64,000 nucleotides of DNA from Octopus sinensis (lineage: Eukaryota). A program made the translations under genes and the position numbers. This document shows, one piece after another, positions 40,697-52,335 of this stretch. The notes below the pieces were generated by a model. It worked only from the letters and a program-made list of their open reading frames with translations, was not told where the DNA came from and did not search any database. The stretch's first letter is position 1. Each line of letters starts with the position of its first letter. The stretch is taken from positions 102,982,001-103,046,000 of the forward strand of contig NC_043000.1 of assembly GCF_006345805.1 (NCBI RefSeq). Direction: 5' to 3'.

Positions 40697-40958
40697 CCGG
40701 AGTAAACACATAAATGTGAAACAAGGTGGAAAAAAGAGTACTCAAATACCAGTGGTAGAGTAATATGCTTTATTTAAAGCAGCAGAAAATTCAACAAAAT
40801 CTGTTACTCTGAGTTTCTCGTTGCCGTTTATCAGACAGTTTTTTCTAGCAAAAACTGTCTGATGAACGGCAACGAGAAACTCAGAGTAACAGATTTTGTT
40901 CAATTTTCTGCTGCTTTAAATAAAGCATATTACTCTACACTGGTATTTGAGTACTCTT
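40697..40958. mobile_element. Short inverted-dimer element carrying hammerhead motifs (copy 2)
   Basis: Arms ~40732-40843 and 40850-40958, near perfect; the first ~90 nt are almost identical to 38934 onward. Confidence 0.9.
40855..40892 (+). ncRNA. Minimal type I hammerhead ribozyme motif, canonical core
   Basis: CTGT-CTGATGA-ACG gcaa CGA-GAAA-CT cag AG-TA-ACAG; GUA cleavage triplet; A-A mismatch at the base of stem II. Confidence 0.7.
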
Positions 40959-41080
40959 TATATACATAATAATTTTTTATTGTTATTTTAATTCAAATTT
41001 TTCTATTATAAGTAATTTTCTAGATGGTGTAATTTAATTGTTCATTTTGAATTGATAAAAGGTGTTTTTTTCCTTAATTC

Positions 41081-41121
<41 letters not shown>

Positions 41122-41194
41122 TATGCATTTATACATAAGTATATGTACATAAGTATATGTACATACTTACATCTATACATATATGCATATGTGG

Positions 41195-41539
41195 GCACAG
41201 GACGTCACGAAACGTGTACAACAACAAAATACGAAGTACGAGTATGTGGAACATGAACTGTTCTTTCGAATAACGAAAGACAAATGGCAAACAAAACAAA
41301 CAACAAAATGAACGACACTTCATCAGTTGTTGGCTGTTTGTCTAGTCTCGTATTTCCAGCATTTAACAACAACACACGCTTTCGATAAAACAGTTGCTCC
41401 GGCAAAGCAAATGAAATAAAATTTGGGATTTTGCGGAGGGTCAAAATTGGTAACACAAACAGGACAGTGAAACCAAACCGGAACGGTTGGTAAGCCTAAA
41501 TGAGGTTGTGGTGGCGAACGCGTAAATCAAGCTTGGACA

Positions 41540-41545
<6 letters not shown>
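41195..41545. mobile_element. Unclassified dispersed repeat family (probably Penelope-associated)
   Basis: CAGGAC(G/A)TCA... start and GCAAAGCAAAT(G/T)AAATAAAATTTGG...GCGGAGGGT shared with 46210-46660, 46975-47110 (rc) and 59780-59915 (rc). Confidence 0.6.
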
Positions 41546-41576
<31 letters not shown>

Positions 41577-41856
41577 GAGTGTGAGAGAGATGAATAAATA
41601 GATATATTTTTTATTTGTTACAGTCATTATACTGTGACCAAGCTGGGGCGTCGGCTTGAAAAATTTTAGTCGAACGAATTGACCCCATGCCTTCAGTTCT
41701 TAATTAATTTAGTTACACTATATTATATATCAATTTATCTTATTGTAAGCCGCTCGCTTAAGCTAAAGATTAGACATTCTTCTTGTGTGTGTGTGTGTGA
41801 GAGAGAGAAAGAGAGAGAGTGCATGAGTGTGTGTGTCTGTGTGCTCGTGTGTGTAC

Positions 41857-41893
<37 letters not shown>

Positions 41894-41904
41894 ACAAATT
41901 AGTA

Positions 41905-41935
<31 letters not shown>

Positions 41936-41948
41936 GTACATATATATA

Positions 41949-41996
<48 letters not shown>

Positions 41997-42076
41997 GCTA
42001 CAGGCGAGTCTGTATGGTAAAATGTTTATTTCCAAGGGCAATGTAGGTGAATTGGACCAACGTAAATTGATAGACG

Positions 42077-42202
<126 letters not shown>

Positions 42203-42225
42203 ATCCAAACATGAAAAACATAGAG

Positions 42226-42367
42226 AAAACACAACAACGCGAGGACGTGGAACAAATATAGTATTATTGGACGCTCAGGAAAGAAGGAGGGTTTAACGTT
42301 TCGAGCGGAGCTCTTTGTCGGAAACATAGGAGAAGGAAAGATCCAGAGAAGGGAAGACAGAGGAAAA
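42226..42367 (-). mobile_element. ~140-bp dispersed repeat with a hammerhead-like motif (second copy at 44940-45090)
   Basis: Consensus on the minus strand GTTT-CCGACGA-A-GAGC tcc GCTC-GAAA-CG-TT-AAAC (42291-42325; 45014-45048). Confidence 0.65.
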
Positions 42368-42461
42368 ATATATATATATATCCATCTTTCTCTATTTCTG
42401 ACTATTTATCTGTCCACCTGTATACATAAAGATATATCTATCTGTAAAATATCTATATATG

Positions 42462-42522
<61 letters not shown>

Positions 42523-42932
42523 CCACATATCGCTTGACATCCGGTGCTAGTTTGTTTTCGTCCCTTTAACCATACGGATCGATAAAAGGAATCGACAGAA
42601 TAAGTAAGAGACTAAAAAAAAGTACTGGATTCGATTTGTTCGACTAAACGCTTCAAGATGTGCCTCAGAAAGGCTGCTGTCCAATGATTGAAAGAAGTAT
42701 AAGTTAATATATGCATATACATATATATATGCATACACACACACATGTATATATGTGTATGTGCGTATGTGTATGTATGATTAAACATAAAAACATATAG
42801 ACAGATACAAGTAGATAGATACATACATACATACATAGGCAGGTAGCAGACTAACAGACAGACAGACAGACAAAGAGATCGTCAGAAAGACAGGCAGACA
42901 GACAAATAGATAGATAGATAGATAGATAGATA

Positions 42933-44186
42933 AGTTTCTTTATTGGCCACACAGGGCTGCACACAGATGGGACAAGTTACAAGGTAGAGCTTTTCTTTTG
43001 GGGGATGAAAAAAACAAAAAACAAAAGAAAAAAAAGGGGGGTGGCGTAGGTTTTCGATCAAGAGGGATCGTAAAAGTGAAGGAAAAAACAAAAAAAATAA
43101 TAAAAAATAAAAAGAATAAAAAAAAAGAAAAAGAAAAGGAAAAGGAACAACAGAAAAGAGAAATGAAAAAAGAAGAAAAAAGGGGAAAAAAAGGGGAAGA
43201 GGAAAAAAAGAACGATCAATAGGGATCGTGTATCACAGTGTTATGATATATGGTGTAAAGGGGAAAGCAAGCAAGGTTTATCCTTGGGAAGAAAAGCCTA
43301 CGAAAAAGACCACGGTAACCTTGGTCAATATTGTTATATGTTACCACATTTGTTTGCAAGTGGGTAACCCTTTGTTTTCAATTTCTGGGTTCATAGGATT
43401 ATGCTCAAGGTGGCTTCGTCATCATACGTGCCATCCTTGCTACATTCACCCATCTTTTTTTAAAACATTCGCTAGACAAAACTTGCCTCTCTACTCTCAC
43501 TTTCTTTTCAAGTGGTACTTGAAGAAGTTGATGAGAGATTGACCAGAGAGGAAAGTGTTTGTCTCCAATCCTTTCAGACTCGTCCACCATAACATCTTTC
43601 GCCATAGCCACAAGGATGATGAAAATAGCTCTTCCTTCCCGTTTGAAGGAAGGAGCGTGACATATTACGATTAGACTCAGGTGATAAACCGACTCGTCCT
43701 ACACGTGACAGCAGTTGTTCGACACAACCCACAGGTCGGAAATTGTTGGACACTGCACGAGTGCGTGCAGAACGGTTCGTCGCTCTGACCGCATCTCGGC
43801 AGGTCGGCCCCGTGTTTCTCGAGCCGTGTCTGTAGAGCTTATCCCCGGGTAGCGCTTCTCGGTAACACTGCCAGGCCAGGGATCTCTGGAAGTTGTCCAT
43901 GGGCCCTGGCCCGAAAGTCGTCCTGAACAGGCGGGTCAGGTACTCCTCGTCGACGTCCAGTTCGCCCCGAGCTCGTCGTCGTACCTCCCCTCCACTAATC
44001 CCCTATAGAATGCTTTGGTTGTGTTGAAGTCACTCAAGGTCGACCCAGGGCGGCAGAGTTGCTTGAGAGCAACGCGACACTCGCGGTGCCAATCGCCCTT
44101 CCTCGGCCTCTTTTTGATCCACGACTGCAGTTCGGTCATGGAGACGAGCTGCGGGAAAGCGTGCCTCACAAACGGCGACCACACCC
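42933..44186 (-). mobile_element. 5'-truncated Tx1/L1-group LINE (ORF2 C-terminal CCHC zinc finger plus 3' UTR)
   Basis: With frameshifts: AWQCYREALP..KLYRHG...TC(P)RCGQSDE(T)VLHALVQCPTISDLW (zf-RVT pattern), then KKVRVERQVLSSECFKKRW; T-rich UTR; AATAAA; (TATC)n at both junctions. Confidence 0.85.
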
Positions 44187-44277
<91 letters not shown>

Positions 44278-44536
44278 TAGATTTTGTAAAACCAAGTACA
44301 TGAGCGTATATATGGTTATTTATTGTTCTTAGTTGTCAAATAGTTATAGGGGTGACTCAAGGTCGAGAGTTTCATGCATGCCAATAACCGCAGTTGTATT
44401 TACCTTTTGAAGCTTTTTTATATAATTCATGTGAATGCATAAATATATATATATATACATAATATATATATATTTTATATATATATATATAATACATATA
44501 TATATATATACATATATGTATGCATATTACATATAT

Positions 44537-44581
<45 letters not shown>

Positions 44582-44600
44582 GTATGTATATGTATGTATG

Positions 44601-44631
<31 letters not shown>

Positions 44632-45234
44632 GTGTGTAATAAATAAAATATATGCATACGTACAAACATATATGTACGTACCTACATCTACATGTATATA
44701 TACATGCATATATAAATACGTGAGTACAGGACACCACAACTAGACGTAGAACTCAACGAGAATTGAAAACGGAAAAACGAAAACGGAAAAACAAGCATGG
44801 AACAAACCATTTTTTTACAACAGAAAAACAGAAAAACAGAGTACAGGACAAACTACACAAGGAAAAATCCCCTTCATCAGCTGTCTCTAGTTCAACTCTA
44901 GCGTGTATATATAAAGTAAATCCAAACAAGAAAGCACAAAAAAACACAACAACGTGAGGACGTGGAACAAATACAGTATTATTGGACGCTCAGGAAAGAA
45001 GGAAAGAAGGAGGGTTTAACGTTTCAAGCGGAGTTCTTCGTCGGAAACATAGGAGAAGGAAAGATCCAGAGAAGTGAAGACAGAGGAAAAAAATCGCCAA
45101 CGGTACACACGCGTTCACATATATATATATGTATATATATGTGTGTGTGTGTATGTAGAAACATATATATTATACACACTAACGCGCGCGCACACACACA
45201 CACACACACCACACACACACATATAAATACAAAA

Positions 45235-45520
45235 TGGGACTAGAACGCATAACATCCTGACAGTTAGGTAATACAAAAAAGAGACAGCAAAACATCCAGA
45301 TAGACATACAAAGAAAACAAGGACGGATCATTCGGAATTTTTTTCCTCAGTCGAGTTCCAGATTATCTTTGCAATTTTGGCTGGTTATACTCGAGATTGT
45401 TCCAATCAGGCCAGCCCCAAGGAAAAACTAAGCTGAGACCATTAGATTCCCTGGAAGAAAGCAGCGAAAGTATACGAAAACAAGGACGGAAAAAAAACGG
45501 AGAATGTTACACAAATACAA
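45235..45520. mobile_element. Unclassified dispersed repeat (copies at ~47785-47965 and ~53455-53695 rc)
   Basis: Shared CAAGGACGG...CTCGAGATTGTTCCAATC...CCAGCCCCAAGGAAAAACTAAGC. Confidence 0.7.
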
Positions 45521-45983
45521 ATAACCTAACAACAGGTGTCTTTCGACTAAAGACGAATTAAATTTAGCTGGGGTGAGTGGAAGTAAAGCCTTACGGCAGA
45601 GATACAAGATTTCACAGGCACAGGGAGGACTATAGATGTTGCGCGGACGACGGCTGAACTAGGAAAGAAGGGTCAGGCTTGGCCGAACACAGGTCACATG
45701 GGGAGAGAAGAGAGAGAGAGAGATTAGAGGAAGGGCGAGAGAAGAAATAAGGAGGGACGAGAAAAAATGACAAGGACACAGTGAAGTGAAAAGAGGAGGG
45801 AAAGTGAGCATGAAGAGAAGGGCAAGATATGTGAGAAAGGGGAAACGAAAGAATGAGGAGTGGAATGAAAGAAGTAAGCGTGAAAGGGCTGATAGAGAGA
45901 AGGAAAGACTAAAAGAATAGAGACGAACAAGATTTAGATAAGTATATACGTACATATAAGAGACCAAAGTGTACGTACGCCGA

Positions 45984-46083
<100 letters not shown>

Positions 46084-46309
46084 AACTTACTTGGAAAAGG
46101 ATGCGTGGGATCCGATCATATAATATAAATGATATATAAATATATGCATATATACATACATATATGTACATATATATGCATATATGCATATATGTACATA
46201 TATATGCATATATGCATAACAGGACATCAAAAAATCATTGAACACAATGAGAAACGAAAACAAAAACAAGGACATAGAAAACGAACTTTTTTTCGAACAG
46301 CGAAAAAAC

Positions 46310-46521
46310 AGAGAAATGAGACACGCAACATAAAGAATATTCCCTTTCAACAGTTTTCCCTATTTCCTCTACTCCGCGTTCGAAGGTAAGGACAATACGC
46401 GACTTCGTTGAAACAAGAGAAATGAGACACGCAACATAAAGAATATTCCCTTTCAACAGTTTTCCCTATTTCCTCTACTCCGCGTTCGAAGGTAAAGACA
46501 ATACGCGACTTCGTTGAAACA
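46310..46521. repeat. Tandem duplication, 2 x 106 bp
   Basis: GAGAAATGAGACACGCAAC...GACTTCGTTGAAACA repeated; one visible mismatch. Confidence 0.9.
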
Positions 46522-47190
46522 GTCCTTCCCGCAAAGCAAATTAAATAAAATTTGGAATTTTTTTGCGGAGGGTGAAAGTGGTAACAAGAACAGGACAGTG
46601 AGAACAAGACAGTAAAAACAAACGGTGAGGGTTGTTGAGCCAAGACGATAGACAAATTATCATGAACACTAGGAGGACGAGCTATGGGAGGAAACAGGTA
46701 TAAGCACGTGTTGACTTTAGGAAGGAAATGGACAGAAAGATAGATTCCCTTTCGTCACGTATCAGCGACGAGATGGTCAAGGAGGAAGAGTGTGAGAGGG
46801 GGCACAGTGAAGAGGAGGGAGAAGAATAGGGAAGGGTGGGAAAGAAAACCAAAAAGGATAAAGAACAAGAGAGGGAGAGAGATAGACAGAGAAGGGATAG
46901 TAGAGATAGAAGAGTATTAAATCATATGATCGAACACCACGCATCCTTTTCCAAGTACGTTTTATCTTTATAACGAAGGGAAATATTCTTTATGTTGCAT
47001 GTCTAGTTTCTCTGTTTGTTGTTTTCGGTGTTCGAAAAGTTCATTTTCTATGTTTTTGTTTTTATGTTTTCGTTTCTTATTGTGTTCAATGTTTTTTTTT
47101 ATGTCCTGTAACCCATATATGCATGTATATATACATTTATATGTAGGTATGTACATATATGTATGTATATATGCATATATTTATATGTTA

Positions 47191-47231
<41 letters not shown>

Positions 47232-47232
<1 letters not shown>

Positions 47233-47760
47233 TACCAGTATTGCCCGGCGTTGCTCGGGTTTGTAAGGGAAATAACTATATAAGCATTTTTAGAGAGTTA
47301 TAGCAAAAAATGCATTAAAATGGAATAAAAAATGATGATAATTTTTTTTTTTAAATCGTTGACTCAGTGTCTTCAAGCCATGAAGTCGTTGTTCTAAAAG
47401 AACGCTGGTTTCCTTAACAACGCATTACGACGTTGATTTCTTTACACTCCCTTCCCCACAGCTTCACGAGGAGGGAAGGGGGAGAAGCAAACAGGTGCAG
47501 CTGTGAGCGTGGACGCCAACTCCGCCGCCATCGACACACGATGCATTTTATGCATTAAAATGGAATAAAAAATGATGTTAAATTATTTTTAAAATCGTAG
47601 ACTCATCGTTGACGCGCGCTAATAGTCAGACGGGCTCGATATGAATCACGACTATAAGATACCCGAATTTGGTTAAACTGCACCGCAAAATGTGGGAGGA
47701 GTTAGGAATCTAAATCGAAGGGGACAGACACTCACACAACTAGAGTTTTATATATATAGA
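47232..47760 (-). mobile_element. Non-autonomous Helitron
   Basis: Minus strand starts A|TCTATATATATAAAAC; subterminal hairpin CCCG-AGCAACGC-CGGG; ends ...CTGGTAG|T (CTAG variant); no TSD. Confidence 0.7.
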
Positions 47761-48471
47761 TATATATAGATATATATACACAAAATGGAACAAGAACGCA
47801 AAACATCCAATTAGACAATACAAAGAAAACAAGGACGGGTCAACCGGAGTTTTCTTTCGTCACTCGAGTTCCAGATTATCTTTGCAATTTCGGTGAGTTA
47901 TACTCGAGATTGTTCCAATCTGACCAGCCCCAAGGAAAAACTAAGCAAAGAGCATTAGATTCCTTGTAAGAAAAAAAAAATATGTATACACATACATACA
48001 TACATACATATAACATACATACATACATGCTCACGTGCACCTTCATACACTCACTCAGGCACGCAAACACTTGCACATAAACAAATTTGTTAACCTGTGT
48101 GGGAGTGAACTCGCATTGCCGCATCGTGTCTAACTGAATATCTCTCCTTTGCTATGATAAAAATCCATTCATTATGTATGTGTGTAGGTATCAATGTTTG
48201 TGTGCATGTTCGTGCTGTTTTGTATGCTTGCATGTACCTGTAATATTTCCTATTCAGTATATAGTGTGTAGTCATTTATGTAAATATGATTTGAAGTGGT
48301 GCAAGGAACAAGTATGTATGTTTATCTGGCTTACTATCGATTGTAGTAAAAGATTCTGCCGGAATAAACTTTGGGACATCTTTGCATACACATCTCTTAG
48401 TCTGTGTGTATGTGTGTATGTATAGACACACACACATATATATGCTTATATGTATGTATGTATATCCATTA

Positions 48472-48563
48472 CAGTCGACCGAATCAATCGGTTTCGCACT
48501 AGTTATTAAGCCGGATTTTAGATGACAGTCTGTTTATGTAAGACCATGTGCTCGTCAGGGCTA
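48472..48563 (-). ncRNA. Type I hammerhead ribozyme with fully canonical core and ~50-nt loop II insertion
   Basis: TAGCC-CTGACGA-GCAC[~50 nt]GTGC-GAAA-CCGA ttgat TCGG-TC-GACTG; GUC triplet; one mismatch in stem I. Confidence 0.75.
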
Positions 48564-48569
48564 GCAAAT

Positions 48570-49200
48570 AAAAATATGGTGACTGCACTGTTATTGAAGG
48601 TGGGAAACACATCCGGTTCATGGATGCTGTGAAAAAAAGACGAAGCGAACAGAAGAAGGTTAATATGAATTATATGAGGAGTTACGTTCCTTGGCACCAA
48701 ACACCTCTGGTATTTTGAAAGTCTGCAAGAGTTTTATAGAAATATGTGTAGGAATTAAGTATAAATTTTCGTGTAGGGTAGGAATGCTTGTGGATGTATT
48801 ATACGTGTAGGGTTTGTGGGGATGTTGGGGTGCTGGGTTTAGTGTCCAACGTTTAAGCCCACGTTAGAATATACATTTGTCTGCGTAGTTTCCAAGATAC
48901 GGTGGTGAAAGGACCGGGATAGGAGTCCTGGTGGAGCCTGCAGGTATGACAAAATATATATTTTTTTCATGTGAGCAAGATAGATGTCTGGGTACTTAAA
49001 GTTCTTCAATGTGGGATTTTTCGTTCTCAGCTAGGTATAATCTGCATTTTCTCCTGTTATTCAAATAAACAATGCACTTCTCCAATATTTTCCATTGTAT
49101 GTTATACTCTGTTGTACAAATTTGTTGGTCTTCTGCCAAAATTTGATACAATTATTTTTATTATTATGGGGAAAATCATTTTCAATCGGAACTCTGAACT
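48570..49200 (-). mobile_element. Degraded Penelope-like element 3' region (end of the GIY-YIG ORF plus UTR)
   Basis: EYNIQWKILEKCIVYLNNRRKCRLYLAE resembles the PLE C-terminal W-x-IL...C-x-LC-x-E pattern; lies directly upstream of the hammerhead. Confidence 0.55.
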
Positions 49201-49334
49201 TCACGTTATTGCACACCACTCATACACATACATGCACACATATATATACACACGCACATACACACGCAAGAACACACGTATGTGTCTTCCTATATATATA
49301 ACACATCTCTCTCTCTCTCTCTCTCTATATATAT

Positions 49335-49392
<58 letters not shown>

Positions 49393-50449
49393 TTGTGTGT
49401 GTGTGAGGTATCCTGAGGCTATGATTATTAATAAAGGAGATAATCATCCCCTTATAACACGAAACAGGATTAGAAATTTGAAATTGAAATTTAAAAAATA
49501 CGAGAAAGAAGATGCATAGAGTTCACATATTTAATTCCATTTTTTAATCTATTATAAAGTTGTTAAATTTTTTTGTTTGTTGTAATCAAGCATAGATTTC
49601 ATTCCGTTTTAGAAATCTTCAGTATTTTTCAACTTGTAACTTATTTACTAAGATATATTTCCAAGATAAGTTTGAAGATGAAATTAATTACAATGTAGAA
49701 AAAATTTATAGAATGTGTTGCTTATTTTTTTCTTTGTAGAACGTTGGCAATTTAGGAATCAAGAGTAAGAGGGAACTTTCTTAGTGTTTGATAGCCGTTT
49801 CCAGGGGAATTCTGCCACAAGAAAATGTTTTAAAGTAGCCAATAGTTTCAACAGCGATTACAAACGCTTTCACAAACCATTTTTAGATATGTAACGATGA
49901 AGATTAATTTTATAAAGGTTGAGGTTGATTTGTAAACAATACGGTTGAAGTTTAATTTGATAACAATAATATGTAATGTCGGCGTTGTAATCAGTTTGTA
50001 AATATTGGTTCTTCGTTGATTGCATTATGCAAAGATGGAAGAACAGTGGTTGAAGTTGTGAAGAAAAATATTTATTTTACCGTTACATTATGCAATACTT
50101 TGCCTCGACGGGCAAGTGATGAAATCCTGGAGCATGCGAAGTAAAAAAGTTAATTTCGGCCTGTATGTTCTTATTGTAGTAGTAAACCATAGAGAGAGAT
50201 ATGGTAATGTACAGAGAAGAGAAAGTGAGTCCGTGAAAGTGAGAGTATGGGACGAAACAACTACTCCGTTGGCAAGTTACCATAAGTGTTCTCTTTGTGC
50301 CCTTTTCTTTAGAGGCGGCGTTTGTTCAGACGGTCAGCCAGACTGTGTTCTTACTAACCGACTAACCGAATTGTCACCAAGTGACTAACTCATTGAATTA
50401 TCATCAAGTGACTAACTGATTCTGGTTTGGGGGTTCTTGTTTTTATAAC

Positions 50450-50900
50450 TATCCAGGATAGACATATCGTTGAGAACAATTGATTTAGTTGGTGGTACTT
50501 GTTATCTTGATTCTAGCTTCTGGTAGTCTATAAGAGGTTAGAAGTTTCAAGTGGCGAAGACATTATTTTGCTTAGCTAAGGCATCTGGCAAATGTAAACT
50601 GTCACTCAGAAAAACTATTGTTTTACCGTGAAAAAAGTTCTGTTGAACTATTACTTGAAATTTGGCTATCTAGGATCGAATCCACTTCATGCTTGCAATG
50701 ATTAACTACAGATATATTGTTAGAGATATAGATATCATTTCAAGCTGTTATTTTCAATAGGCAATCCTTATAGGTAATCGAATGAACATCCATTCATAAA
50801 CACAGGCGCCTTGACCATCGTTAAACGCTTGAAGTAGATTCTACTGAAGTCACATCTAGAATTATTTAAATGCAGGTGGTATTCCCTGGCTTTGGCCATT
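50450..50900 (-). mobile_element. Possible very degraded Penelope RT fragment
   Basis: Broken-frame LDVTS and QNNVF resemble PLE RT motifs (FDVTSLY; NNVF). Confidence 0.3.
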
Positions 50901-51020
50901 AATACAAAGAAAATAACCACACTCTCCACACGAGGTGGTATTAACATATTGCATGGAAAAAGACTCTTTTCGAAGTAACGTCGAATACCGGGTTTTGATT
51001 AAACCATATTACCATTCCAT

Positions 51021-51186
51021 AGGCGCAGGAGTGGCTGTGTGGTAAGTAGCTTGCTAACCAACCACATGGTTCCGGGTTCAGTCCCACTGCGTGGCATCTT
51101 GGGCAAGTGTCTTCTGCTATAGCCACGGGCCGACCAAAGCCTTGTGAGTGGATTTGGTAGACGGAAACTGAAAGAAGCCTGTCGTA

Positions 51187-51229
<43 letters not shown>

Positions 51230-51441
51230 TTGTGTGTCTGTGTTTGTCCCCCTAGCATTGCTTGACAACCGATACTGGTGTGTTTACGTCCCCGTCACTT
51301 AGCGCTTCGGCAAAAGAGACCGATAGAATAAGTACTGGGCTTACAAAGAATAAGTCCCGGGGTCGATTGATCGACTAAAGGTGGTGCTCCAGCATGGCCG
51401 CAGTCAAATGACTGAAACAAGTAAAAGAGAGTAAAAGAGAG
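51021..51441 (+). mobile_element. SINE family A, near consensus (young)
   Basis: Full head-to-tail structure with intact CpGs; highly similar to 2646-3010. Confidence 0.9.
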
Positions 51442-51689
51442 AGTATTCCCTTACTGGTTCTTCTCACGTACAGTGACTTAGCGTTCATTATTATTCGAGT
51501 GTCAAGATTACCATTCTTTGTGACTTCTTTCTTTAAGCCCAGATCTTTCAGAAGAAAGCATGCAAGGTATAAACTCATAAATTCTTTTCAGTGCGGTAGA
51601 AACTCTAAATAACAATGCCTCAGCATTTTCATTGTTCTAATCTCTAAATAAATTTAGTTGGTAGAATGCACCTTAGGTTCTTTGGCATG

Positions 51690-51965
51690 ATGTTAAATAG
51701 TTGTGGTCCCCTGAAACCCAAACTGTTGCAATACTGGGTCCTTACCTGAAATGAAGAACACAGTATCGTTGGTATTTTGCCATACCGTCCAGTTTGGTGG
51801 TTGGTATAGCTTTTAAATCCAAAGTTGAGAGCTGGACCTTCCAGGATCTTTCATACCTTTCTCGCTTTCTCTCTAGGGAGTAGAACTTTAGTTCTTATAG
51901 CCTCTCCCAGTAGCTCATCTGTTTCACGGAGTCAATCTTTTTTGTGTTGTGACGCTGGATTGCCT
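51690..51965 (-). mobile_element. CR1-type LINE ORF2 3' fragment
   Basis: SYWERL*ELKFYSLERKRERY...RTQYCNSLGFRGPQLFNIMPKNLR. Confidence 0.75.
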
Positions 51966-52149
51966 TAAGTTATACATATATGTATATAATATTCTTGTAT
52001 AAAGTATAATGTTAAGTTAAAGCAACGATGCCCATGCAAATTTGAGCTGCTCGAAAACGTACCGCCAGTGTAGTGAAAAATATAAATTTGTTTGAGTGCA
52101 CTATGTTCAAAACAGTCAGTGGTGGTCTTTCTCGATCACGAGTGGACAA

Positions 52150-52335
<186 letters not shown>

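Noticed and set aside
43574-43900. 108-aa ORF first considered as a viral or host protein
   Set aside because: Frameshifted piece of the Tx1-like LINE ORF2
44850-44895. CTGATGA-AGGGG motif on the minus strand
   Set aside because: Stem I closes but the GAAA is absent; at best a decayed hammerhead
46310-46521. Direct repeats as a possible CRISPR array or retrozyme tandem
   Set aside because: Only two abutting 106-bp copies, no spacers, no convincing ribozyme core, eukaryotic context
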